Shown here piece after piece: positions 27,040 through 35,421 of a DNA stretch of 36,842 nt; position 1 is the stretch's first letter; each line of letters begins with the position of its first letter. The DNA lies in the NCBI GenBank assembly GCA_021399345.1, contig JAAFKI010000005.1, positions 1 to 36,842 on the forward strand. The letters run 5' to 3'. The notes under the pieces are model-generated. The model did not search any database. It was not told the origin of the DNA and saw only the letters and a program-made list of their open reading frames with translations. The DNA is from Candidatus Heimdallarchaeota archaeon. GTDB taxonomy: Archaea; Asgardarchaeota; Heimdallarchaeia; Heimdallarchaeales; Heimdallarchaeaceae. Made by a program: the position numbers and the translations under genes.

Positions 27040-28410
27040 GTGAAAATCTTAAATTCTGTGAATACTGAAATTACCAAGAAGAAATCCTTTTTTATGGAAA
27101 GGAACGAGATTCTTATTCTTACAGGACTTTTCTTTCTTGGTATGTCTACAGCAATGTTTTCACCATATGCGCCAATTTGGCTAACTCAAATTTTTGATGT
27201 GGATCGGTATTCTATTCTTGGCTTTGTAGCCATAATTCCTTATTTTGTGATAGCTATTGGAACCACAGTATGGGGGATAATGAGTGATAAATTTGGAAAC
27301 AAAAGATTTGTTTTTATGGGATTTATTGCAGCAGGTTTGATGTATTTCACATTGATGTTCATAAATAATCCATATGCCTTTCTAGCTGTGATGCTAGTGG
27401 GTTACATATTCATTTCAGGACAAACATCAAATATCTATTCTTATGCCACTCTAACATCTTCTAAGAAGAAGGAAGTAATCTTGGGGGAAATAGCTGCAAC
27501 CTTTAGCTTAGCTTGGCTGGTCGCTAGTCCTATTGCCGCACTAATTCACGATAATGCAGCTACTTTCAGCTTAAATTGGTATTCTTCTTCATCTGTTAGT
27601 TCAATTATTAGTTTGAATGCTCAAACACCTACAAATGGTATTCTAAACTTCGCTACAATGCTTTCAAAATTCTTCTCGGATGAATTAGCAAATAACCCAG
27701 CTCAAGGAGTACAATTATTCATAGCAGTAATAAGTTGTGTAATTGCTTCAATTTTCATACTTTTCACAAAAGAAGAAAGAAGAGAGAAAAAACAAGCGAA
27801 AGAACAAGAATCAAAGAAGATGGGAAAACTAACTGAGTTTAAACTAATTTTTGTTATTCTACTGTTAATTGCTTTCTTTCAAAATGCTACATCAGGAGGT
27901 TTCTGGGCATATTCTTCCCTTTATTTCATAGATTTTCTAAGAGCTCCTGCAGTTTATTTCAGCTATTTTCTAATAGGTACGACCACGATTGGAGTTGTTT
28001 TATCGTTACTATTGGGGAGATTAACAAAAATACGAAGAATTACTTCAACTGTTATGGCTTTCATATTTCTACAAATACTCATCTATTTACTAATGACATT
28101 ATTCCCTCTAAATATTACTCTAGGTCTGATAGTCTATAGCTTCCCAACATATGTGATCTCAACTATTTGTCTAACTAGTCTAGTTGGAACTTTCTCAAAT
28201 AAAATTAGAAGAGCAACAGCATTTGGTCTATTCAACACAATTGGAATTGCTGGTTCAATCTCAGCAACCCTACTAATGGGATTTGTAGCTGATATATCGC
28301 CTAAAGGATTAGTAAGCTTGTTAGGCTTTGCTTTAGGATTCGCGATTTGTACTTTTGTTTTATCAATAATCCTTTCGATTATTATTGAAAGAAGAAAGCA
28401 TTTAATCTGA
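27040..28410 (+). CDS. MFS transporter
   Basis: About 12 hydrophobic helices, motif A WGIMSDKFGNKR, RATAFGLFN. The start may be the ATG at 27094. Confidence 0.92.
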   Translation: MKILNSVNTEITKKKSFFMERNEILILTGLFFLGMSTAMFSPYAPIWLTQIFDVDRYSILGFVAIIPYFVIAIGTTVWGIMSDKFGNKRFVFMGFIAAGLMYFTLMFINNPYAFLAVMLVGYIFISGQTSNIYSYATLTSSKKKEVILGEIAATFSLAWLVASPIAALIHDNAATFSLNWYSSSSVSSIISLNAQTPTNGILNFATMLSKFFSDELANNPAQGVQLFIAVISCVIASIFILFTKEERREKKQAKEQESKKMGKLTEFKLIFVILLLIAFFQNATSGGFWAYSSLYFIDFLRAPAVYFSYFLIGTTTIGVVLSLLLGRLTKIRRITSTVMAFIFLQILIYLLMTLFPLNITLGLIVYSFPTYVISTICLTSLVGTFSNKIRRATAFGLFNTIGIAGSISATLLMGFVADISPKGLVSLLGFALGFAICTFVLSIILSIIIERRKHLI

Positions 28411-28435
28411 AAAACTTAAGAATATGAAAACTGAG

Positions 28436-28473
28436 TGGTCAATAGTGACCAGCATCTTAAATATCTGTGACCA
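28436..28473. promoter_or_regulatory. Inverted-repeat operator and TATA box upstream of a three-gene wHTH module
   Basis: TGGTCA-N4-TGACCA at 28436-28451, TTAAATA at 28457-28463, and a further TGACCA half-site at 28468-28473. Confidence 0.6.
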
Positions 28474-28508
28474 ATCAATATAAGCATACAAAACTTAAGG
28501 TGAAATGA

Positions 28509-28859
28509 ATGAACTTTGATGAATTAGGAGAAAAACTTGGAGAAGAAATAGAGAAAAAAGTTAAGTCAAAAAAAGGTATAACTAAAGAAATTAGCGATGC
28601 TGCTGAGATAAAAGAAATTCTTGGCGCAGTTTCTGGAGAGGTTCCAGCACTAATCAAAAATATCTTTTCAGCAATCTATGATCCTGAAATAGCTACCAAT
28701 TATGGAAAGGGAATCGTTGCTCTACATCAGCAGCTTTCAGATCAAGGATTACCTGAGGATATGGTAAGAGAAATAGTCATGAATTTCTCTAAATCTTTCG
28801 ATATAGTAGGAAAAGCTATGAAAGATGGAGTTAAAGTTAGATCTGACGACGATGATTAA
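28509..28859 (+). CDS. Small acidic hypothetical protein
   Basis: AGGTGA RBS; helical sequence with L.DQGLPEDMVREI motif. Confidence 0.75.
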   Translation: MNFDELGEKLGEEIEKKVKSKKGITKEISDAAEIKEILGAVSGEVPALIKNIFSAIYDPEIATNYGKGIVALHQQLSDQGLPEDMVREIVMNFSKSFDIVGKAMKDGVKVRSDDDD

Positions 28860-28869
28860 GAGAAAATAG

Positions 28870-29139
28870 TTGGTGTTGACATTGACAGATAAATTATATT
28901 CAATTGTAGTGTCTATCAATTATATTTCTTATTTAATCATAGTTCTTCCATTGATGTTATTATACTATTTAATAGCAAATCCAATGAAAAGAAGCAGGAA
29001 TAAAAGAGTACTAAAAAAAGAGCTTAAAAAAGGTGGTATTCCAAAACTGTTAAGAAAAGAAATAGCTGAATCCTACAAGGATTTTACTAAACTTCTCAGT
29101 TTTAGCAGTATTTTGAAGATGATAAAAGAAGTAGGTTAA
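28870..29139 (+). CDS. Small basic membrane-anchored hypothetical protein
   Basis: One N-terminal hydrophobic helix then LKKGGIPKLLRKEI; operonic position. Confidence 0.7.
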   Translation: MVLTLTDKLYSIVVSINYISYLIIVLPLMLLYYLIANPMKRSRNKRVLKKELKKGGIPKLLRKEIAESYKDFTKLLSFSSILKMIKEVG

Positions 29140-29164
29140 GATTCAAGTAAGAAAGGTTTCGTCT

Positions 29165-29632
29165 ATGTCTGAAAATAAAGTAGCTTTAGAAGGTAGAATA
29201 TCAGAACTTGAAGAAAAAATCAATTATGTAATTCTTCAAATATCTAATCTACAGCATAAAGTTTCAGACAGTAACCCAGAACTAAAACAGATGATGAACT
29301 TATTACAAATTCTCACCTCCACTTTACAAATATCAAAAGCTCCGTTAACTGTAGCTTCACAGACTTTAACTCTAAAAGATACTATTTTGCAGAGATTTCC
29401 TAATCTAAAATATGATTCAATCTCAAAAGCTATAATTGTAGCTTTAGATCGAAAGAAAAGACTCAATATATCACAACTAACTGAGCAAGTGAGAAAAGAG
29501 AGAGGATCGGCATCTAGAAGGATTGTTCGTGAAAGAGTAGACAAACTAATTGAATCTGGAATAATAGCTGAAGTTGATTCTGGATATGGACGACAACTAG
29601 AGCTTGTTAAAATCGAAAAAGACGAAGAGTGA
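29165..29632 (+). CDS. Coiled-coil plus winged-helix transcriptional regulator
   Basis: N-terminal heptads; C-terminal D.ISKAII.AL..NISQLTEQVR..RGSASRRIVRERVDKLIESGII. Confidence 0.82.
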   Translation: MSENKVALEGRISELEEKINYVILQISNLQHKVSDSNPELKQMMNLLQILTSTLQISKAPLTVASQTLTLKDTILQRFPNLKYDSISKAIIVALDRKKRLNISQLTEQVRKERGSASRRIVRERVDKLIESGIIAEVDSGYGRQLELVKIEKDEE

Positions 29633-30583
29633 TTATTTCCAGACTTCTTTCATAACTCTAAGAAAATTCTGAGATTCTATTTTTTGTATATCTTCTTTAT
29701 CATACCCATTTTTATCCAAATAATCAACTAAAACAGGATAATAACTAACATCCTTCATCACATCTGGTACTGAAGCACCATCAAAATCTGACCCGAAACC
29801 AATGTGGTTGATTCCCACTAATTCTACAATATGATCAATATGATTTTTTAAATCTTCCAATTGAATTTGATCTTTCTTCTTATCGCCAGAAAGAAAAGAT
29901 ACACAGAAATTAAGCCCTATTGTTCCATTAGTTTCAGCAATAGCTCTTATCTGCTCATCCTTCAAATTTCTTGGATGATTACAAATAGAATAAGCATTGC
30001 TATGTGAAGCAATTATTGGTTTGCTAGTCTGGTCAATTACATCCCAAAAAGATTTCTCATTCAAATGGCTGACATCAGCAATTATACCCAAATTATTTAG
30101 TTCTTTGACTAGTTCTTTACCAATTTCAGTCAATCCTCTATCTTGTTCAAAACTTTCTCCTGATAACATGTTAAACGTAACACCTGTAGCAAATCTATTC
30201 ACGTTGGACCAGCTTAAACCAATACTTCTCAAGCCCATTCTGTAATAATTCTTCAAAGTCAGGAATTCACTATCTATGCCACCAGAACCCTCAAAATGTA
30301 AAACAGCTCCAATTTTATCATTCACTTTACATTTAGTTATATCCTCTGCAGACTTTACTTGTAAGAGATTATTTTCTTGGTCTTCGATTAATGAAAACCA
30401 CTGGTCAACACCTTTATAGATTTCAAAATCACTCATAGCCGGAAATACTGCAAAGAAAGCTGCTAGAACGTTTCCTTTTCTTAATCTTGGAAGATCAACA
30501 TGTCCAGTTTCAGATTTTTCAGAAAATTTTCTTCTTTCTCTAGTCAGAGCCCATAGTACGTCAGTATGTCCATCAATTATCAT
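29633..30583 (-). CDS. Membrane dipeptidase (peptidase M19)
   Basis: IIDGHTD, HVDLPRL, FEG, DVSH, ASHSN, HPRNL, GSDFDG. Confidence 0.95.
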   Translation of the reverse strand: MIIDGHTDVLWALTRERRKFSEKSETGHVDLPRLRKGNVLAAFFAVFPAMSDFEIYKGVDQWFSLIEDQENNLLQVKSAEDITKCKVNDKIGAVLHFEGSGGIDSEFLTLKNYYRMGLRSIGLSWSNVNRFATGVTFNMLSGESFEQDRGLTEIGKELVKELNNLGIIADVSHLNEKSFWDVIDQTSKPIIASHSNAYSICNHPRNLKDEQIRAIAETNGTIGLNFCVSFLSGDKKKDQIQLEDLKNHIDHIVELVGINHIGFGSDFDGASVPDVMKDVSYYPVLVDYLDKNGYDKEDIQKIESQNFLRVMKEVWK

Positions 30584-30639
30584 ACTATACTAAAAATTAG
30601 TTCTTCGATTAAAAAATTTTCTCTCTAAACTGATGAAAT

Positions 30640-31467
30640 CTAAATGTATTTTAGTTTCTTTAATACTAGTAAAACTGTTAAAGTTGTAGTAGAATCATAT
30701 TCTTCCCCATCTTCTGATTCCCATTTACCATCGCTGGTTTGTCTATGTAAAAGAACATCTAGTAAACGAATGACAAATTTGTGATTCTCCAATCCAGCAT
30801 TAATGAAACTTTCAACCATCCAAACTAATGAGGAGGAGGGATAGTTCTCTAAATTAAATGTTTGAAGCATTTCTAGTCCTCTTCTTGAGATGCAATCATT
30901 TTCACCCTTTATTGCAATAAATGCTGGAATTGCGTTCCACAATGCGTGGGGATAACTTTTAAAACCTGCATCATCTCTCCAATTTCTTGATAAATAATCT
31001 AGACTTTTAATTATGAAGTTTCGATATGTCTCATCACCTAAACCCAATAGGAAATTAACCACAATAGCAGTACAAAAAATTCTGTTTGGATCAATTCCTG
31101 GAGTTTCCCAAAGTGAGGGTTCAAAATTTTTTATACTTTGAGGTTCTTCGAAGAATCCTTCATCCGATTGATTCATTAGTAGGAAGTTTGCTGCTTTGGA
31201 GAGATAATCTTCAATTTCACTTTTCATATCTAGAATTAGAAAGTCTTTGAAAAAAGTTATAGTAGGACCAATAGTGCTAAGTGAATCTTCTCTCATTCTG
31301 AAAGGCATCCCTCCATCAGAATTTTGTAAATTGAGCTGTTCCTTTACCATCTCTTTTGTTACAGACTTTTCTCCAAGCATCAAGGCTAGTTTAAGTTTTT
31401 CTACCTCATTTCCTTTATTTCTAATAAATTCTATTGCTTTTGACGAATCAATTTGAGGTTCATTCAT
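30640..31467 (-). CDS. Prenyltransferase/squalene-cyclase (QW) repeat protein
   Basis: LQNSDGGM, NQSDEGFF, NWRDDAGF, RQTSDGKW repeats; no DxDD motif seen. Confidence 0.75.
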   Translation of the reverse strand: MNEPQIDSSKAIEFIRNKGNEVEKLKLALMLGEKSVTKEMVKEQLNLQNSDGGMPFRMREDSLSTIGPTITFFKDFLILDMKSEIEDYLSKAANFLLMNQSDEGFFEEPQSIKNFEPSLWETPGIDPNRIFCTAIVVNFLLGLGDETYRNFIIKSLDYLSRNWRDDAGFKSYPHALWNAIPAFIAIKGENDCISRRGLEMLQTFNLENYPSSSLVWMVESFINAGLENHKFVIRLLDVLLHRQTSDGKWESEDGEEYDSTTTLTVLLVLKKLKYI

Positions 31468-31520
31468 CTACTAAATAATTGATATTGTGATACTTAAACC
31501 TACTGTGGAAAAGCTTTTCT

Positions 31521-32246
31521 TCAGATTTTCAGTTTTTTACTCATTTTCTCTGCTGCATCACGTTTAGCTGATTTTCTGTTTGATCCTTTTCCAGAGCTTA
31601 AATATTCCTTATCACCTATTTTTGCTTTGCATTGCATAAAGAAAATAGGATCATGATCATCCCCTTTTTTCCTTAAAAGTGAATATTCAGGAAGTTCTAA
31701 TCCTTCTTTTTGGAAAAATTCCTGAAGTTGATTGATGGGATTATGCTCACAAACTGTTAGTTTAAGTATTTTCTCTCTCCCTTTTTCATCATTTATCTCA
31801 TTTTTAAAATGCTTAAGTCGTTTGAGAAAAAGTTTGTAGAAAAATTCTCTTGTTACATCTACACCTTTAGAGAGATAAAAAGCACCAAAAATAGCTTCTA
31901 GACTATCCTCTAGATCAGTTTCAACTATTTTGTAATTAGAACTAGTTCTTAGTTTCTTTTCAATTCCTAATTCCTTTCCTACTTCAGCTAATGTATTGGT
32001 TCTAACTAAAAGAGATCTTAATTGAGACAAAATACCAACATCTTCTTTGGTTTCTTTATAGAGCCATTCAGCTGTTAGAGTATCTAATATAGAATCTCCT
32101 AGAAACTCCAATCTTTCGAAATTCAAAATTATTTGGCTTGGTGGGTGATAATTTGGATGAGTGAGTGCTTCAATCAACAAAGATTCATCCAATTCCCAAT
32201 CTAGAATTTTGTTTTTCTCTAAATCTATTTTCTTAGCTTTACTCAT
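31521..32246 (-). CDS. rnc: Ribonuclease III (single RNase III domain plus dsRBD)
   Basis: ALTH, ERLEFLGDSIL signature, EDSLEAIFGAFYL, and dsRBD (PINQLQEFFQ..P.Y..G.G.NRKSAKRDAA). Confidence 0.95.
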   Translation of the reverse strand: MSKAKKIDLEKNKILDWELDESLLIEALTHPNYHPPSQIILNFERLEFLGDSILDTLTAEWLYKETKEDVGILSQLRSLLVRTNTLAEVGKELGIEKKLRTSSNYKIVETDLEDSLEAIFGAFYLSKGVDVTREFFYKLFLKRLKHFKNEINDEKGREKILKLTVCEHNPINQLQEFFQKEGLELPEYSLLRKKGDDHDPIFFMQCKAKIGDKEYLSSGKGSNRKSAKRDAAEKMSKKLKI

Positions 32247-32297
32247 TAAGAATTCAATTATAGCAGAGTTTTTAAATTCATTCCTTTGTTTTTAAGT

Positions 32298-32753
32298 ATG
32301 GATTTTTCAAACCCTATCGATGATCTTGATTGGATTTATGGTTTATGGAGAGGAACTCTCTCTGCTGACGGGATAGATTCTGAATCTTACTTACAATGTA
32401 GAAAATTTGGTATAGATATTATAGAAATTAAACAAATAAAATGCTCTGCTAAAACAGAGAAGTTACTTGAAAGGAATTTTCTCTTTTTTGATAAAACTAG
32501 GGAACAGATGAAACTAATCAGTTTTAATTCTGAAGGTTATATTGAAACATCAAATTTAGTTATAAAATCTAACAAAAAACAGACTATTCTAACTAGTGAT
32601 TTCGAATCGGGATATAATCTACCTCCCAACATGAAAATTATTAAGGAATTTACTTACAAAAAGACTGCAAAACAGCTCGAAATTAAAGTTAAAATGGGAT
32701 TAAAGGAAGAAATTGTATCTCATGGGATATTTACTTTTTCAGGTAATAAGTGA
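32298..32753 (+). CDS. Hypothetical beta-barrel protein (calycin/nitrobindin-like)
   Basis: N-terminal LDWIYGLWRG (GxW motif) followed by predicted beta strands; ATG at 32298 preferred as start. Confidence 0.5.
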   Translation: MDFSNPIDDLDWIYGLWRGTLSADGIDSESYLQCRKFGIDIIEIKQIKCSAKTEKLLERNFLFFDKTREQMKLISFNSEGYIETSNLVIKSNKKQTILTSDFESGYNLPPNMKIIKEFTYKKTAKQLEIKVKMGLKEEIVSHGIFTFSGNK

Positions 32754-32786
32754 CAAAAATAACTCAAGAATTGGTTTTTTTCTAAT

Positions 32787-33332
32787 GTGAGTATCATAAC
32801 TATTATTAGTAAAAAACACACTTGTGTAAACAGATTAGTCTTGCCTAGGGATTTCAAAATTTATTATTCTGAAAGAATCGCTGATGAAGTCTCAGAACAC
32901 ATTGAGAGATTCCTTAGCGACATCTATCAAATGCAGTTCAGGTCTGTAGGTGTTAGAATCCCTCGACAAGTAGCTTGGAATACTGAAAAAAACGCTTATG
33001 ATGCCCAATTGCTTCTAAATAACGCTCAATCTGAAGGATTAACCTTTTTTCTTTGGTTGATCGAAAAATCATTGATTGTAAATAATAAGTATGTTTTTGG
33101 ATATGGAGAGACTATAAAGGGAACAATTGTATCAACAGCTAGAATGGCAACAAGAACACTTACAGCAAAAGAAGTAGCATTTCACGTTGGGATAGTTTTA
33201 GGTTTGAAACCATGTAATGAGGAATGCTTAATGAAAGAAACTGAAAGTTTTGAAGTTCTTATACAAAAACCCTCTACTTTATGTAACACATGTGCAGTAA
33301 AGTTTCAAAGAGTTAAAATGCGATATATGTAA
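32787..33332 (+). CDS. Archaemetzincin (peptidase M54)-like protein, catalytic site degenerate
   Basis: AWN..KNAYDA..LL, YVFG, VSTAR, KE, GLKPC..CLM, K...LCNTC match archaemetzincins, but HExxHxxGxxH reads FHVGIVLGLKP. The start may be the TTG at 32841. Confidence 0.8.
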   Translation: MSIITIISKKHTCVNRLVLPRDFKIYYSERIADEVSEHIERFLSDIYQMQFRSVGVRIPRQVAWNTEKNAYDAQLLLNNAQSEGLTFFLWLIEKSLIVNNKYVFGYGETIKGTIVSTARMATRTLTAKEVAFHVGIVLGLKPCNEECLMKETESFEVLIQKPSTLCNTCAVKFQRVKMRYM

Positions 33333-33368
33333 TCAGATTAGATAACTACTCCTAGAAAACTTTTAGAA

Positions 33369-35366
33369 TTGAACAGTCTATTCGTTCACACTAATATGTC
33401 GGATATTCTATTGGGGTCTCTTAATCATCTGGAAGATATACTTTTTCAAATAAACGACTTGATTCTAGAGAACAGGCTCTTTGATGAAGATGAGCTGTTA
33501 TGTAGTTTCAAGGTTTTTGGGGGATTATATCTGGTATCTTGTGCAGAAAAATACAACCTAATAGAGCCTAGTCTATCTTTTAAGAAGAAATTCTCAAAGA
33601 TTTCGAAAGCTTTCCCTTCTTTATATGATATTGAAATATATGACCAATTTTCTCGATTCTACCCTAAGATAATTGAAATAAGAAATGAATTTGGTAATGA
33701 AATTGGTTTGGATCCTTTAGGGAATCTATATCAAAAGATATTAACAAAAACAGCGAAGCAAGGAAAGGGAATAGTTTTTACTCCAATTTCCATAATAAAA
33801 TATATTCTACATCAAGTAGGGTTTCCTAACAAATACTCAATAAGAGATAAACAAAATATTATTGATTTATCGTCTGGATCAGGATTATTTCTAGCGCAAG
33901 CAATTGACTTACTGATTGAGCAAAATATAGAAAAATTCACTGTAAATGAAATAATTGATTATATTCAAAATAATGTCATTGGATTCGATATTGACCCGTT
34001 AGCAGTATATATAGCCAAATTTAATCTATCACTGATATTAATTGAACGATTAAAAGAAAGATATAATTTAGAAACATCCTTCACTCCTAACATCTATTTA
34101 ACAAACTCACTGGCTAAACAAGGAGAGGAAGATGTTTATGAAGTCAAGAAAGCAAAGAATCAACTTTATGATTTTGTAGTTGGAAACCCACCCTATATTG
34201 AAGCAAAACGGATGGATAAACTGACTAAGAAGATTTGTTTACTTAATTACCCTAAAGCTGCTAGAGGTCATTTTGATGTTTATTCTTGCTTTTTAGAACT
34301 TGGTACTGATCTGTTAAAAGCCAATGGAAAACTTGGATACATCATCCCCAGTAAATTTCTTAGTTCAAGGTATTCAAAAGAAATGAGAAGATATTTTCTT
34401 GAACATAATCTTATTTCAGAAATTGTTGATTTAACACATCAGAATGTCTTTCGTCCAGCTGTTTATCCAGTTATACTCATATTAGATAAGAATAGGTTGA
34501 ATGAGGAGACAATTAAACTCGCTAAGAATGTTGATTATGAAGAGTTACAAACAATGAACTTCAAATCAAAGTGTAAATATGTTTCTGCAGATTTTTTCTA
34601 TAAAACTACAAACAAAACCATTTTTCTACCAGATTCAACGTCCCTTTCTATAATAGAGAAGATTTACAATGATTCTGAATATAGGCTAGGAGATTTAGTT
34701 AGATTTAGGTGGTCAATTTCATTCCATCGGAGAGGATTACGAGAACATTTTGTATTTGAGAAACCAGTTAGTACAAAATCTAGGAAATTTCTAGGTGGAA
34801 AACCATTTGGTGGAAATAGAGAAGTTGAACGATATGGTATTAATTGGAAAGGTTACTATTTGGATTATAACCATGAGAAAGCAAAAAAAATAAAAAATAA
34901 CTTTCCTGAAATTGATATATTTACATCAAAGAAGATAATCATATGCCAACATGCTCTAAGGATGAGAGCAACATTGGATGCTGAGGGTTATGTTTGTAAA
35001 GATATTTTCTTACTGGGACACTTGACTCAAAAAGCTAGGGAGTTAAACATTAGTCTTGAATTCATTCTTTCTCTTTTAAACTCCGAGTTGTTCAGCTTTA
35101 TGTATTCTATAATGTATTCAAGTACTGAGATAACTGGAAAATATCTACATTATCTACCAATGTATCTTCACGATCTACCTTTCATTATTCCGGATGATCC
35201 ACTGAATGAGTTACTTATTCAAAAAGTGAATTTATTACTTAAACAGGAGCAATTAAATCACACAATAGATGAGGAAGTAGACAGCTTAATTTATGGTTTG
35301 TTTAAAGTAGATGAAAAAGAAAGAAAATATGCAAAAAAACACATAAGTCAATATCTCGTGAAATAG
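33369..35366 (+). CDS. N6-adenine DNA methyltransferase (Eco57I/TaqI-like, gamma class) with TaqI_C-like domain
   Basis: LGNLYQ, GIVFTP, DLSSGSGLFL, GFDID, VVGNPPY, DVYSCF, GYIIP, LLNS. The start may be the ATG at 33396. Confidence 0.92.
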   Translation: MNSLFVHTNMSDILLGSLNHLEDILFQINDLILENRLFDEDELLCSFKVFGGLYLVSCAEKYNLIEPSLSFKKKFSKISKAFPSLYDIEIYDQFSRFYPKIIEIRNEFGNEIGLDPLGNLYQKILTKTAKQGKGIVFTPISIIKYILHQVGFPNKYSIRDKQNIIDLSSGSGLFLAQAIDLLIEQNIEKFTVNEIIDYIQNNVIGFDIDPLAVYIAKFNLSLILIERLKERYNLETSFTPNIYLTNSLAKQGEEDVYEVKKAKNQLYDFVVGNPPYIEAKRMDKLTKKICLLNYPKAARGHFDVYSCFLELGTDLLKANGKLGYIIPSKFLSSRYSKEMRRYFLEHNLISEIVDLTHQNVFRPAVYPVILILDKNRLNEETIKLAKNVDYEELQTMNFKSKCKYVSADFFYKTTNKTIFLPDSTSLSIIEKIYNDSEYRLGDLVRFRWSISFHRRGLREHFVFEKPVSTKSRKFLGGKPFGGNREVERYGINWKGYYLDYNHEKAKKIKNNFPEIDIFTSKKIIICQHALRMRATLDAEGYVCKDIFLLGHLTQKARELNISLEFILSLLNSELFSFMYSIMYSSTEITGKYLHYLPMYLHDLPFIIPDDPLNELLIQKVNLLLKQEQLNHTIDEEVDSLIYGLFKVDEKERKYAKKHISQYLVK

Positions 35367-35421
35367 CTTGAGCTAGATATTTAACAAAAGAATCATTGAT
35401 TTAATAAGAAAGGGTTTTGAA

